Positions 1 through 12,730 are shown, counted from the stretch's first letter. The stretch is 64,000 nt of DNA from Octopus vulgaris (GCA_951406725.2 OX597832.1:37758001-37822000); one strand, 5' to 3'. The notes: generated by a model from the letters alone, not told the origin. A program made the numbers and translations.

Positions 1-140
1 TCGGTCTACCAAATTCAATCAATTAAGCAGGGCCGTGATTATAGGAGAAAACAGTTCCCCAAGGTATCAGGCTGTGAGACTGAACCCGGAACTATGTGGT
101 TGGGAAGCAAGCATTTTACCTCACAGCCACGCCTGCGCCT
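1..140 (-). mobile_element. tRNA-headed SINE family A, 5' half (runs off window start)
   Basis: Reverse complement reads AGGCGCAGGCGTGGCTGTGAGGTAAAATGCTTGCTTCCCAACCACATAGTTCCGGGTTCAGTCTCAC, matching the family A heads at 31940, 32203 and 58173 (pol III A/B-box-like). Confidence 0.8.
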
Positions 141-499
141 ACCTGTCGAATTATTTTACGAAGTTAAGTCGACCTGTTTGGGATTTGAACGCACCACGTA
201 AACGTTCGATATAAAAGGTATAACATGATAATTTCTCTCTCTCCCTCTCTATCTGTCTCTCTCTCTCCTTTCCTCCTCTCTCTGTCTCTATCAAATCTAT
301 TGCACATAGGTCTTAAAGTTCAGTTTTATTCAGTAGGTCCCAATTATGCCATAGTCTAAATTGAACTGTGCGCAGGTATAACATTTGAACAAGATATTGT
401 AGGTGTAGGTTTACGGTAAATATTTCAAGGGAGATTACGTTGGAGAAACATTTCATACTGACATACGTTCATAGTTACACCACTCACACTCACAAAAAT

Positions 500-654
500 G
501 CACACACACACGTATATATGTATGTGCACATAAGTATACACACACATCTATCATATATGCATATCTGTGTATATAGATATATTGTGTGTGTGTGTATATA
601 TATGTATGTATGTATGTGTGTATACAAACAAACATAGTCGTTTATACGTATGTA

Positions 655-752
<98 letters not shown>

Positions 753-807
753 GATGGACAGGCTGATAGATAGATAGGTAGATAGACAGATAGACAGACA
801 GACAGAC

Positions 808-878
<71 letters not shown>

Positions 879-978
879 TAGACAGATAGGCAGAAAGACA
901 GACAGAAAGACAGACAGACAGACAGATAGATAGATAGATAGATAAATACATACATACATACATACATACATACATACA
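500..978. repeat. Compound microsatellite (CA)n-(TA)n-(GAYA)n-(TACA)n
   Basis: Directly visible di- and tetranucleotide arrays. Confidence 0.95.
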
Positions 979-1114
979 TAAAAAAATAGGCATATATGTA
1001 TACGCAATATTTCACTGATAAATTCGATTCCGTAATAGATGATATTTGACCACGAATTGAGATTAAACCTGAAACTATGTTCAGTTTAAGTCAATTCACC
1101 GATACATTAAATCA

Positions 1115-1325
1115 GTGGGGATCATTTAGCTTGCAAGAAACCGCAGGCTAATATCCATCAAATCCTACCTTACCGTTTGGGTAGAGAAGACCTAATTTGA
1201 TTATGACTTCTGATCCACACTGTCTGAAATTATAAATATTGGATAGTCACAATTTAAACGCATTTGATCCTAGGTCTGGTAGATAAAGCTGTATAAAAGC
1301 TAATATAATCTAAGGGTAAACAACT
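1115..1325 (+). mobile_element. Old interspersed repeat family G (GCTAGAAATAGCAGCCAAAT...GCTAAACAAC type), highly diverged
   Basis: Similar motif order to copies at about 4140-4300(-), 29378-29422(+), 38410-38620(-), 41995-42115(-), 42470-42650(+), 45140-45355(-), 54310-54475(-) and 63810-64000(-). Confidence 0.5.
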
Positions 1326-2829
1326 GCATTAACGAGGACACAGGTAAACATGCATTGTATCAGCAATATTGTAGCAAGTTTTGTTGAATCCATCCGGGCC
1401 TTTATTGTAAGGTTCGTTGTAATCCTCCAGTGATAAAACCATGTTGTCCTGGTTTTATAAATACTTTGGGAAATTTATTATGGCAGGTTTGTCTGAGGAG
1501 GTCGAATGCTTACGTAAAACAATTTGACGCATGCTCGTCAAAACCTTAGAGGTTTAATATTATACTGTGGGTCAAAAAAGTAAAAAAAAATTTCTCACAA
1601 ATCAGAGCAGAAAGAGTAGAAAGTTCACTTTGTAGTTTGGAATTTAGAGACTTTTGTTAGTTGTTTGTTTTATTCCATCTTTTCCATCTGATTTATGTTT
1701 GTAAGAAAATGGAGCCGAAACGCTCTACTGGCGAAAAAATAAACAAACAAACTTCCCTAACAAGGCATTTTTATTCCGATCCTGAAGTTCCTAGCCCTCT
1801 CGTAACTTCAATTTGATACTCACTTTCAGACTTCTAAGGGATTGTAAGTTTATTTTATCTCTTGGGGTTAATACACGAGGAAAGAATTTACCGTTTCAAC
1901 GATTCTACAACTTGTAGGGAAAAAAGTGAAAACAGTCTACTTGAAGGCATCAGAGCATTTTTATATTCTGGTATTTTTTTTTTTCAGATATCAACCATTT
2001 TTACCCGCTAGTCTCTACAGAGTACCAAACATCATTATTTAAAGATATCTTTCTGAGTTTACAGACTTACTATCTTTATCTAAAGTTAATTTACTCTACA
2101 CAATTATGACCAAGCTTAGTAGCACATTGGCAATTTTGCCTGTGTTTTTTTTGGGGGGGGTTTATTTGGTGTTTTCTTTTCATTGTTCTGATATTTTGTT
2201 TGTAAAGCAGATACCGGCAAGTATGTGATAAGATCCCGAAAAAACGAGACTGCAAGGCGGTTTCAATTCCCGGTTGAAGCTATTTTATAATAACTAACAC
2301 AGGTAATTCTCCAGGGAAGAGCATTAAGTCATTAACATCACACGACATTGTCTATTCTTCCTCTAAAGTATAGCTGCTCGGTGCCCCGTTCCTATCTGGC
2401 AAAAAAAAAAAAGTACATTCTATTTATTTGCTATTTATCCAGTTTAGATGACTTCTTTCACTCGTAATTTTTTCTTCACGTTCTGGTTTTAAGAACTCTG
2501 CTATTACTATAACATGCATAACGAGAATTAAAGAAGAAAAAGTGAGTGGAGGGACTTAACTAACTTTACCCGAGAAAGCATGAAAAATGGCTATTTCCTT
2601 CAGACTTTGTTTTTATTGTATTTATTCTGTTTGAAATGTAATGAAAAATAGATCAGTTTGAAAACATTGATTTTCAGGTCACAAAAGCAAACTTTGAAGG
2701 GAATTGTAGTAATTTCATATGATTTCCAGATGGAAGCAAATACACAATAACACTTATTAACCGAAGACAAAAGAAGAAAAAAAAGAAAAAAAGAAAATGC
2801 TACACGGTGTTGTTGAAAAGCTTAATGAC

Positions 2830-3596
2830 AGAATAAGCGTTTCCTGTAGAATAGGTATTTGCTGTAGAGTTAACATTTATTGGAAAATAAATACTGTAAA
2901 AATTTATTGTGGAGTAAACGCTGACTGAAAGATGGGCAATTTTTACAGAATGATTAATACTTTTAATAATATTTGTTGAGAGATTAGGGCGGTGAGTGAG
3001 CAGAATCGTTAACAAACCGAGCAAAATGCTTAGCGGCATTTCGTTAGTATTTGTGTTCTCAGTTCAAATTCTGCCAAGGTCGAGTTTGCCTTTCATCTTT
3101 TCGGAGTTGATAAAATAAGTACCAGTCAGTTGAGTTTTGGGGGGTCAATGCAATCGACTAGTCCTCTACCCCTAAATTACTGGCCTTGTGCCAAAATTTG
3201 AAACCAATATTTGTAGGGAGATTCGTTATAGTGAAAGAAATAATTACTATAGTCGGAAAAACTATTAGAAAGCAAACAATTACTAAAGAATGATCTATTT
3301 ATGAAGGGTAATTAATTATTGAACAGATATTAATTATTATTAAAGAATAAATAATAAGTAATTATTGTAGAATAAGTAATTATTGCAGGGTAGTAAAATA
3401 AGTAATTATTGTAGAATAAGTAATTATTGTAGGGTAATCAATTGTGGTATTATGATTAAATTGTTATAAAGTAAACAATTATTGAAAACAGTTGTTACGG
3501 AGTGAGCGATTAATTATTGGACGGTAAACACAGCAGAACGAACAATCATTGTAGAGTGAACAATTATTAGACTGATTAAATATTGTAAAGTAAATG
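2830..3596. repeat. Degenerate ~18-bp minisatellite (AAGTAATTATTGTAGAAT-like) interrupted by a SINE
   Basis: Near-perfect units at 3356-3432, with decayed units on both sides of the SINE at 2986-3205. Confidence 0.65.
2986..3205 (+). mobile_element. SINE family B (tRNA-like head plus Nin-domain-like core), full length with ~18-bp TSD
   Basis: GGCGGTGAG..GCAGAATCGTTA head, GAGTTCAAATT B box, GCCTTTCATC..GATAAAATAAGTACCAG core; flanked by AATATTTGTTGAGAGATT (2968-2985) and AATATTTGTAGGGAGATT (3206-3223). Confidence 0.85.
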
Positions 3597-3812
3597 TTTT
3601 ATGTTTATAAATATGTTTTCCAATACTGAACACGAAATCGATTGCCTTGCTGATCGGATAATAAAGAAATTAATTGGTTCTTGTGTAAGAAATCGAAATT
3701 CTAAAATATCTGTAATGTAAATTCCTTTAGATATGCAAATGTGTTTACAGTCCTGTAAATACTAGCTTTGACCATATCTCGTCTATGGTACTATTGTTGT
3801 AGTTTCCACTAC

Positions 3813-4110
3813 CTGACACTCCGTCGCTTGCGACGACGAGGGTTTCAGTTGAACCGATCAACGGAACAGCTTGCTCGTAAGATTAACGTGCAAGTGGGTG
3901 AGCACTCCACAGACACCCGTACTCCTTCACGTACTTCTCAGAGAGATTCAGTGTGGCACAGTGTGACAAGGCTGGTCCCTTGAAATACAGGTACTACTCA
4001 TTTTTGCCAGCTGAGTGGAGTGGAGCAACGAGAAGTAAAATGAGGACACAACGCACCGCTGCGAATCGAACTCGCGACCCTACGATCGCCAGCCAAATAC
4101 CCTAACCACT
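3813..4110 (-). mobile_element. SINE family C (tRNA head, tail ending GACGGAGTGCCA)
   Basis: Reverse complement GTGGTTAGGGTATTTGGC..GAGTTCGATTC..CACTTGCACGTTAAT..GCGACGGAGTGTCAG; homologous to 5331-5612 and 41605-41878. Confidence 0.85.
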
Positions 4111-4892
4111 GGTAGTGCCAAGCTATATATACGACCCAGAAATGTTTGATCAAATATGCATCAGTAACGACCAGCCGTATATTTGTTTATCGAGTAATAC
4201 TTTGTCCAACGTAACCCCATTTTTAAAGCATGATGCAATGTATTTTGAGATAGAATTAACTGCTATTTCTAGCGGTTTTAAGTAGCTGCGTAAAGACGTC
4301 CTTTTTAACTCAATGCTGTTGGTGTTGCAGTTATCGTTCTAGCTTTATGTACAGACACCATCCTCCGCTTGAATAATCCAACCCCTATGAGCAATACTCA
4401 AGAGCAAGCCGTGGCATGCAGATTATAACTTATGACAATAACAACGTGTCAATTTGCATTAACTTCAAGCCGTGGTTACTCTGTCTGTAACTTAAGATGT
4501 CCGCTCTCACGAGGTAAAATACGACCATTTTAAAGTGATTGTATATATTAGTTTTGATTAATATTTTGCTTGGAAATAAATTGTTACGTGGTTTTGTTTC
4601 AGAAGAAGATAGCTAGAGTCTTACTTTCCATTGAATTGGATGAGTTCGTGGAATCATAAATGGCTGCGATATTTTATTTTCATATTTTAGTGCAGTTGAC
4701 ATTCGACATCCAGACAAATAGTTCCTCTTCGAAGAGTTTATTTAATGAATCCATTACATTATGCGGTTTATGAGAATTGCGATGGCTACTGCGTACAAGT
4801 TAACATTTTTTGTGGGCCATTGTACTCACGGTTGATAACAAGACAATACATATATTCATAATACATTATCAGTCTTTTATCTGGGTTTTTTT

Positions 4893-5050
4893 TTTCAGTT
4901 ATTGGACTGTGGCCATGCTGGAGCACAGCCTTGAAGGAATTTAGTAGCACAGACCGACACCGATATTTATTCTATCGGACTCTTTCACCGAACTGCTAGT
5001 TTAAGTGCATAGACAAACCAACCGGTATACCCTAACAATAGGGTGGAAGA
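4893..5050 (-). mobile_element. SINE family A, 3' half, diverged
   Basis: TTTCAGT..GACTGTGGCCATGCTGGAGCAC..TATTCTATCGG matches the family A tail. Confidence 0.7.
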
Positions 5051-5057
5051 TACACAC

Positions 5058-5095
<38 letters not shown>

Positions 5096-5154
5096 ACATA
5101 TGAGTATGTACGCAAGGATTCCACATAATTTCCGCCTGTCACACAAAAAAAAGA

Positions 5155-5248
5155 AAGGATAAATACTGATGTCGATTTCTTTGGCTAAAAAGTTCGAGGC
5201 GGTGCTCCAGCATGACCGCATTCTAACGACTGAAACAGGTAAACAAAG
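5155..5248 (+). mobile_element. SINE family A, 3' tail fragment
   Basis: GGCGGTGCTCCAGCATGACCGCA..GACTGAAACAGGTAAA. Confidence 0.7.
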
Positions 5249-5330
5249 GAAAAACGATGCAAGCTGAAAGTCACGGTCAGGCACGGAACAAACTGAAGTT
5301 GACGGTAATTAATAAACATGTGTGTGTGTG

Positions 5331-5612
5331 TGAAGGCGCTCGTCTTAGTGCTTAGGCCGTGAGTTCGATTCTCGGTTGCATTTTGTGTCCTCGAACAAGT
5401 AACTTTATTTTACGTTACTCCAATTCACTCAGCTAAGAAAAATGTGTTGTACCTGTATTTCGAGGGACGGCAGCCTTGTTGCATTCTGTGTTACACTGAA
5501 AGATGCGCGTCCATGTGGAGTGGTCAGCCACTTGCACATTAATTTCCTGAGCGAGCTGTTCCATTGGCTGGATCTACTGGAACACACATCGGCGTAACAG
5601 ATGGAGTGCCAG
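5331..5612 (+). mobile_element. SINE family C
   Basis: GAGTTCGATTC B box; collinear with 41605-41878 and the reverse complement of 3813-4110. Confidence 0.85.
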
Positions 5613-5666
<54 letters not shown>

Positions 5667-5676
5667 TGTGTGTGTG

Positions 5677-5890
5677 TAGTTCAAATTTACAGAAAACAAA
5701 AGACAAAGACAGGTGAGGGAACATCAAGCAGGTGTATAAGTTTGACACGCTCTGAAAGAATGGAGAAGTCTCTGACGTTTTGAGTCTACGCTCTTCGACA
5801 GAAACGATTGGGAAGAGAAAAAAGGAAAGAGAACGAAAAAACAACGGAGAGAGTAAAAAATGTGTTGGGATTAACAGTTGAACGTGAAAT
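5677..5890 (-). mobile_element. Short Penelope-pLTR-like element with a degenerate minimal hammerhead-like core
   Basis: Minus strand TTT-CTGTCGA-AGAGCGTAGACTC-AAAA-CGTC-AGAG (5770-5804); downstream sequence homologous to 55640-55730. Confidence 0.5.
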
Positions 5891-5922
5891 CTCTCTCTCT
5901 TTCTATATATATATATATATAT

Positions 5923-5972
<50 letters not shown>

Positions 5973-6785
5973 TGAGAGAGAGAGATTTTAGTGTTTGCTT
6001 TTTCTGTCAAGTTATAAAAGAAAGATTATTTATTCTATAAAAGAATCAATTAACGTCACACTCAAGAATTACGCAATTCGGTTTAGCAGAGCTGAAGTAT
6101 ATTGACCTTTTACAAGTAGAGGTGTGACAATGACTTCGAAGTTTCGGCATCCTTGCCTTCGTCAGACTGTACATCCATCCATCCATCCATCCATCATTCC
6201 ATCCTCACATACATACATACATACATTCTTGTGTACATACAAATAAATGAGTAATTATATATAGCTTTCAGCATGCATTTGTGTATACTAATGCTACTAC
6301 GTAAGAGAAGAGTATTTTTGATATACACATTTGAGATGTGTGTCCGGTTTATCTTATTGTAGACATCTGTAGAGATATGATTTAAGATGGGTATGTAATG
6401 TGTACATGTATGTATGTGAGTGCGTGTTTGCGTCAGGGTGTGTGTATTTACATATATGTATGTGTGTGTGTGTGTGTGCGTGTGTGTGTGTTCCATTAGG
6501 CCGTCTGAAGAATAACAACTTAACTACAACAACGTGTATTTAAAATATGGAAGCGCATCTGTGAAATACGTATTTTAAATATTTGTTTAATAGAGGCTCT
6601 GACATCGAATAGCTTCCACCAGATGATGAGAAAAAGGAGTCGTGGAAAGAGGTGATAAGGAGGGGGGGAACAGGAGTTGGAGAAGTATATTATTGATGGT
6701 GGTGGCGTTTGTGGTGGTAGCGATAATGCTGTTGATGATGATGTTGGTAATATTGGTGGTAGTTCGGATTTTATTAGACTATCGA

Positions 6786-6788
6786 ATA

Positions 6789-6856
<68 letters not shown>

Positions 6857-6876
6857 TAATAATAATAATAATAATG

Positions 6877-6928
<52 letters not shown>

Positions 6929-6950
6929 TAATAATAATAATAATAATAAT
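6786..6950. repeat. (AAT)n microsatellite
   Basis: Directly visible. Confidence 0.95.
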
Positions 6951-7298
6951 TTCAAACGAAATGTCCCTTCAGTTCCCGGCGCCAATGAGGGGACTTGAAA
7001 TAAATATCGCGTTCGCCACATTGGTACATATGAAATTAGATCTGGTTCAATTTGGATGGTTATATAATATCTTGATGTAATTTGGATAAATATCCTAAAA
7101 CAGATCCATATATGTGTGTGTGCGTGTATACACATACATATATACATACATAGATACATACATACATACATACATACATACATACATACATACATACATG
7201 CACTTGTATATACAAAATGTAAATATATGCATGTGTGTGTGTGTGTGTGTCTATGTCTGCGTCTGTGTACATACCTCAACCAAATATAAATACTTCAA

Positions 7299-7327
<29 letters not shown>

Positions 7328-7329
<2 letters not shown>

Positions 7330-7450
7330 CGATGGGCTACTTTCAGTTCCTGCGATTCAAATCCGCTCACAAGTCTTTAGTCGGCCCGAGGAAGACATTT
7401 GCTTAAAGAAGGTACCACGGAAACATATGTTTGGAAGCAAGCTTCTTACC
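7328..7450 (-). mobile_element. SINE family A, 5' half
   Basis: CTTACCACACAGCCACGCCTGCGCCT head on the reverse strand; TTTCAGTT..CAAATCCGCTCACAAG body. Confidence 0.8.
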
Positions 7451-7507
7451 ACACAGCCACGCCTGCGCCTGCTAGATCTGTACAGTATAAGTGCATTTAT
7501 GTGTGTG

Positions 7508-7570
<63 letters not shown>

Positions 7571-8074
7571 TTTTACTTGTTTCAGTCATTTGACTGCAGC
7601 CATGCTTGAGCACTGCTATATATAGAGAGAGATACAGATAGAGAGAGATCATATTAGCTGCCAAGATTTAAATATATTCGCGAGCACAGCTTACTATATG
7701 TATATATATATTTACATATATACATATACATGCACAGGCCCCCACCCACACATAGATGCACACAAAAACGCACACACGCACGCACACATAGACATATACG
7801 CGCATACACACACACACGATAACACAAAAGAACAATGCACCATATGCTACCAGCAAAGAGAAAGTGCGAAAAGTGATAAACATCGCCAAAACATCTCATT
7901 TTCAATTGGTGACGAAGAAAGAAAAATTAGAAGACAAGGAATTTGAAACGAGAAATTAATCTAAAACGATTTGAATGAAAGATCTGCGACATTTTCTAAA
8001 TGGCGCAACTGGTGTCTTTAAAGACAATTGTTATGCCAAGTAGTTTTTTGTTTCCTTCAGACACTATGATTTTT

Positions 8075-8509
8075 GGATCTTTTCGGTTTGAACGGTAGTT
8101 TTTTAAAATAATTTCCACGTAACTAAACACTTTTAAACTTCGTTTACTGGTAGAATGTGTTTACAAAACATCTTTTTCTCTTGGCTTTATTGAGAAAATT
8201 CTATAGTTTGTAAGATATTTGTTGTTGATTTTCTTCAATTTCTGCAATTTCAACCAATCAATGACGTCTATTGAGGTGAAAACATTCTGTGCCGTATGAA
8301 TATGTCCCTCGTTTAAGAAACAGATTGGGTTTATTTACATTTCTGAAGAAAAAAAAAGATGCCCTTCTCCACCCCTAACCCTAACCCTAACTCTAACCCT
8401 AACCCTAAAACAGATTGAAATGCAATAGATCGATACTAGGGTCATAATTATGGGTGACAATTTCATATGAAACCGCTAGAAAAAACTGCCGTTCAAACCG
8501 AAAAGATCC
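8075..8509. mobile_element. Non-autonomous DNA transposon (MITE), 435 bp, 30-bp TIRs, 7-bp TSD, internal (CCCTAA)n
   Basis: TIR GGATCTTTTCGGTTTGAACGGYAGTTTTTT at 8075-8104 and inverted at 8480-8509 (1 mismatch); GATTTTT duplicated at 8068-8074 and 8510-8516; CCCTAA repeats at about 8374-8408. Confidence 0.9.
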
Positions 8510-9151
8510 GATTTTTATATAATTACAGTATAAACATATATTAAAACCGATGATGAGCCTCATAGAGTTTAAACCAATCTTTAAATTCATCTCCAACACT
8601 TCTCTTAATTGTACGAGTAATTCCTTTCGGAAAGTCTTGCACGTCTCAAACTCACGTTTTGTACACTTCTACATAGAACGATAAGTGCTTAGCTAAGCTG
8701 AAATATTTACGTAACCTAAGCTATTCGCAATATTTGGTTAACAGTAATACGATACAATTTAATGCATGGTTAAATAGTTAATATATTATGTATAGTTAAT
8801 CTGTTAAATGTAAGATATGTTTATATAGTTAATATCTGGTAAACAACCGCGCGATAAAATATTTAATGCATGGTTAAATAGTTGATATATTCTATATGGC
8901 TGATGTAGTAAAATGTAATATAGGGCTAACAAATAAATAATATATTATAAATGAAATGCGTGGAGCAATGGAGCAGCCATTGGGGAAGGAAGATATTGAA
9001 CGAAGCAACAGGGAGGAGAGAGGAACCAGCCAGATAATAAACATGGCAAACCAAATATCAAATACATAACTGCGATTATGCAATGTGTATGTGTATATAT
9101 ATATGTTTTTGTATGTATGGATGTATATGCATATTTCACTGTATCTGTGTG

Positions 9152-9184
<33 letters not shown>

Positions 9185-9376
9185 ATGCATGACTGTATTT
9201 GATTAATTTTAGTTGGTGAAGCTTGCCGCCCAAGGTGGAGCAAGCGTCATCTCAAAGAATTCCATCCAATGAGGTAACCCGAGAAACAATCTGTGTGTGT
9301 ATGCGTATGCATGTGTGAGTATGTATCTATGAGTGTGCAGCTACGTATATTCACACACATACATATTTATATATAA

Positions 9377-9430
<54 letters not shown>

Positions 9431-9554
9431 CATATTCCATGCACTCGTACTTTGTATTTTTTGTTGTACACGTTCCATGACGCCCTGTGCCTACATATGC
9501 ATATATATACGTATAAATGTATGTACATATACGTATGTATATATGCATATATAT

Positions 9555-9612
<58 letters not shown>

Positions 9613-10178
9613 GTATATACACACACATACATATATATATATATCTTAATCAATGTAATTAAATTCGAATCTGACTGTAAGTGTAATATACTAAAATGTA
9701 TATATAAGTACGTGCGACGACGTAATACTATTCTTTCTCTCTCTCCCCCTCTCCCCCACCCCTGTGCAATATATTATATATCATGGTTGTAGCCATCAGT
9801 TCAAGTATAAATTCTGGAGTCCTAAACTCTCACTCAGAATAAAGACGTACACTCGCGGACGTATACACAAATGTACAAACACTGAAAATGCAGACACACA
9901 CATTGATTCATACACACATGTATATATATATATGTATGTATGCGTGTTGTGTGTGTGAGTGTGTGTGTGTGTGAGTGTGTGTGTGTGAGACAGAGTGTAT
10001 GTGTGAGTGTGTGTGTATTTGTGCTTGTGTGTATGTGTGTATTTATAAGCGTGAATCCGAAATTTTATTCACTTTGTTAGTCTTGAAACCTGTAGGGACA
10101 TGTTTTCCCCACAGTTTTATATTATGTTATGTATGTATGTATAAATATATACACACGCACACACAAAAACACACACGT

Positions 10179-10242
<64 letters not shown>

Positions 10243-10403
10243 CATATACATTAAAATATTTATATATACATATATATATATATATATATAAATATATATA
10301 TATAGAATACATATATTTCTAAATGTATGTGTATGTAAAAATGAATATATAGAGAGCAATAATACCGTAACGACATAAAAGGGAATCTATACATATATAT
10401 ACT

Positions 10404-10443
<40 letters not shown>

Positions 10444-10697
10444 TCACACATGAATTTGTTCAGCCACCTCATTTCACGCATCCCGTATTTAGCTTACTCG
10501 TATTTATTTTAAATTTTTTTTATATATTTATATATTTCATTTCATTTTACCTCAAACATTAACTTATTTATGCTTCTCCCCAGGTCTGTATATCTATGCG
10601 TTAAAAGCCAATACATACATATACATCCAATACATACGTATAATCTAATGTATATAGATTAATACTTATGCATACGCGATGATACACACGCATACAC

Positions 10698-10782
<85 letters not shown>

Positions 10783-11147
10783 TGTGAGGGTGTGTGAGGG
10801 TGTATGCGTGTCCTGCCTATCAAAGGAACATTTTCTATCATGCGTGCCTCATAGCGTTTTATTGCTTTCCACGTTATACATATTAGCCGTTAAAGTCCTT
10901 GGCAAAATCTGTGCTTTCAATCAGTCTCATGTAGTCCCCTATAACTGTCTCCTTTACACACTCACTTCTTCTCCTTCTCTCACTCTCTCTCCCTCTGTTA
11001 TGTTCTTTATATCTCTCTGCCTCTCTCTCATTCTTTCTCACACACATACTCTCTCTCTCTCTCTTATTTTCCTTCAGCCATAATCGTCACTGTCCCCTAC
11101 TTCTATTTCTCATCGCGCAAAAAGGAATAATGAAATTAATAATAATA

Positions 11148-11320
11148 AAGGCCAGCAAGGTGAAAAGGGTTTAGTCGATTGCATCGAGCGCAACACATGA
11201 CTGGTACTTTATTTCATCGATTCTGAAAGGTCAAATGCAAAGTCGAGCTCGGTGGGATTTGAACTCGGTCGTGAATAGTCGGAAGAAAGGCACTAAAGTG
11301 TTTGTCGAACTTGCTATCAA
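11148..11320 (-). mobile_element. SINE family B, diverged
   Basis: TTAGTCGATTGCATCGA..ACTGGTACTTTATTTCATCGA..AAGTCGAGCTCGGTGGGATTTGAACTC. Confidence 0.7.
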
Positions 11321-11515
11321 TTACTCTTTTACTCCTTTACTTGTTTCAGTCATTTGACTAAGGCCATGCTGGAGCACCGCCTTTAGTCGAGCAAATCGAC
11401 CCCAGGACTTATTCCTTGTCAGCCTAGTACTTATTCTATCGGTCTCTTTTACCGAACCGCTAAGTTACGGGGATGTAAACACACCAGCATCGGTTGTCAA
11501 GCCGATGTTGGAGGG
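11321..11515 (-). mobile_element. SINE family A, 3' half, low divergence
   Basis: TTACTCTTTTACTCCTTTACTTGTTTCAGTCATTTGACT..GGCCATGCTGGAGCACCGCCTTTAGTCGAGCAAATCGACCCC. Confidence 0.85.
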
Positions 11516-11541
11516 ATGTTTTGCGTTCTTGTCCCATTTTG

Positions 11542-11600
<59 letters not shown>

Positions 11601-11699
11601 ATTATATTAATAAAACAATAACAAAAAGCTTAAACTTAAGCTCAAATTGCGAAACCCACTCAGCCAGATGAAAATCCTACTTTTCAGACTAAGCAGGCC

Positions 11700-12035
11700 T
11701 TCTATGTTTCTGAACATCCTCTGCCATTTTCTTTTTTCTGGTCCACGTCAATGCCCGTTCCAGAAATGTCTGTGAGCAATTTGAGTGTCGAGGAAACCCA
11801 AAGCGGGCCCATGTTCTGCTGATAGTTTATGAGAAATTTTTCTCTTACGACATTCTCTTTTGTTTTTTTTTAAATTTTTAATCAGATTCTTGTAGTATCC
11901 GAATCCTGTCTCTATTACAGTCTGTACTGCATTAATCTCGACATTTTCATGGAGTTCCTTTGTTATGTGTTCTCTCATTCGTTTCAGAAAGTTAACGTAA
12001 CGTACTACATGGGACTGTGATGGACTCCTCCTCAC
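11700..12035 (-). pseudogene. Decayed GIY-YIG endonuclease C-terminus of a Penelope-like retroelement
   Basis: Translation LKRMREH...INAVQTVIETGF...KRECRKRKIS...(frameshift) GIDVDQK resembles the Penelope EN pattern LxxRxxEH..SAVAxH..TGH..RKRKxxE..NRDxG; the GIY/YIG motifs themselves are not visible. Confidence 0.5.
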
Positions 12036-12730
12036 ACTTTTGCTAGCTGTTTTTAGGGATACATTCTCTGTCTGTCTTTCTCTCTCTCTCTACCTATCTT
12101 CTCTTTCTCTCTCTTTCCTTGTGAGAGGTGTCGCTTTTCCTTTTTCTTTACTCCAGAAGTCTAGTTTATCTCCAGATCTCCAGCAGTCAGCCTAATCGCC
12201 TCTCTGACCTTCTTATTACTTTTATAGCCGGTTGGGGATTCCCTTGGTTTCTCGATATGCCCTTAGAACTGAGGGCGAGACACTCACTCTGAGTAGTGAT
12301 GCCCTAGGGAGAGCAGGACCAGTAACTTGCTGGGTCTGAATAAATTGATTCACCAATACTTTCAGATGTGTAACAGCTGGGTATTTTATCGTGAATGACC
12401 AATCGTAAAGCCCTTCTCTCGGTACTCACTAAACAGTACAACCTCCGGGTCTTTTAGGGTCATGAGAACTTGTATATACATGGAGACCCCACCTAACCAC
12501 AATCAACAAAGCTCAGGTCAGCGCTGACCCCTAATTCCTACCGTTCTATGAAAGTAAGCCAAGCAGAGTGTCAACGTTGTCCTAAATCTCTTTTACTGTA
12601 ACATTTGTGCTTCTTCGTCCCAAATACTCTAAGGACACGTGGGGGCTGCACCAACTGAGATTGGTACTTCAGCCCATCCTCAGCTTCGAAAATAATACAT
12701 ACCACCATCTTTTCTTTTCCTCCTCTTTCA

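Noticed and set aside
1561-2010. Possible Tc1-like TIR TACTGTGGGTCAAAAAAGTA
   Set aside because: No convincing partner TIR or transposase similarity was found by eye.
3340-3440. CRISPR-like repeat array
   Set aside because: Units are contiguous with no unique spacers, no cas genes are present, and the context is eukaryotic.
8374-8408. (CCCTAA)n as a telomere or chromosome-fusion scar
   Set aside because: Only about six units, located inside a TIR- and TSD-bounded MITE.
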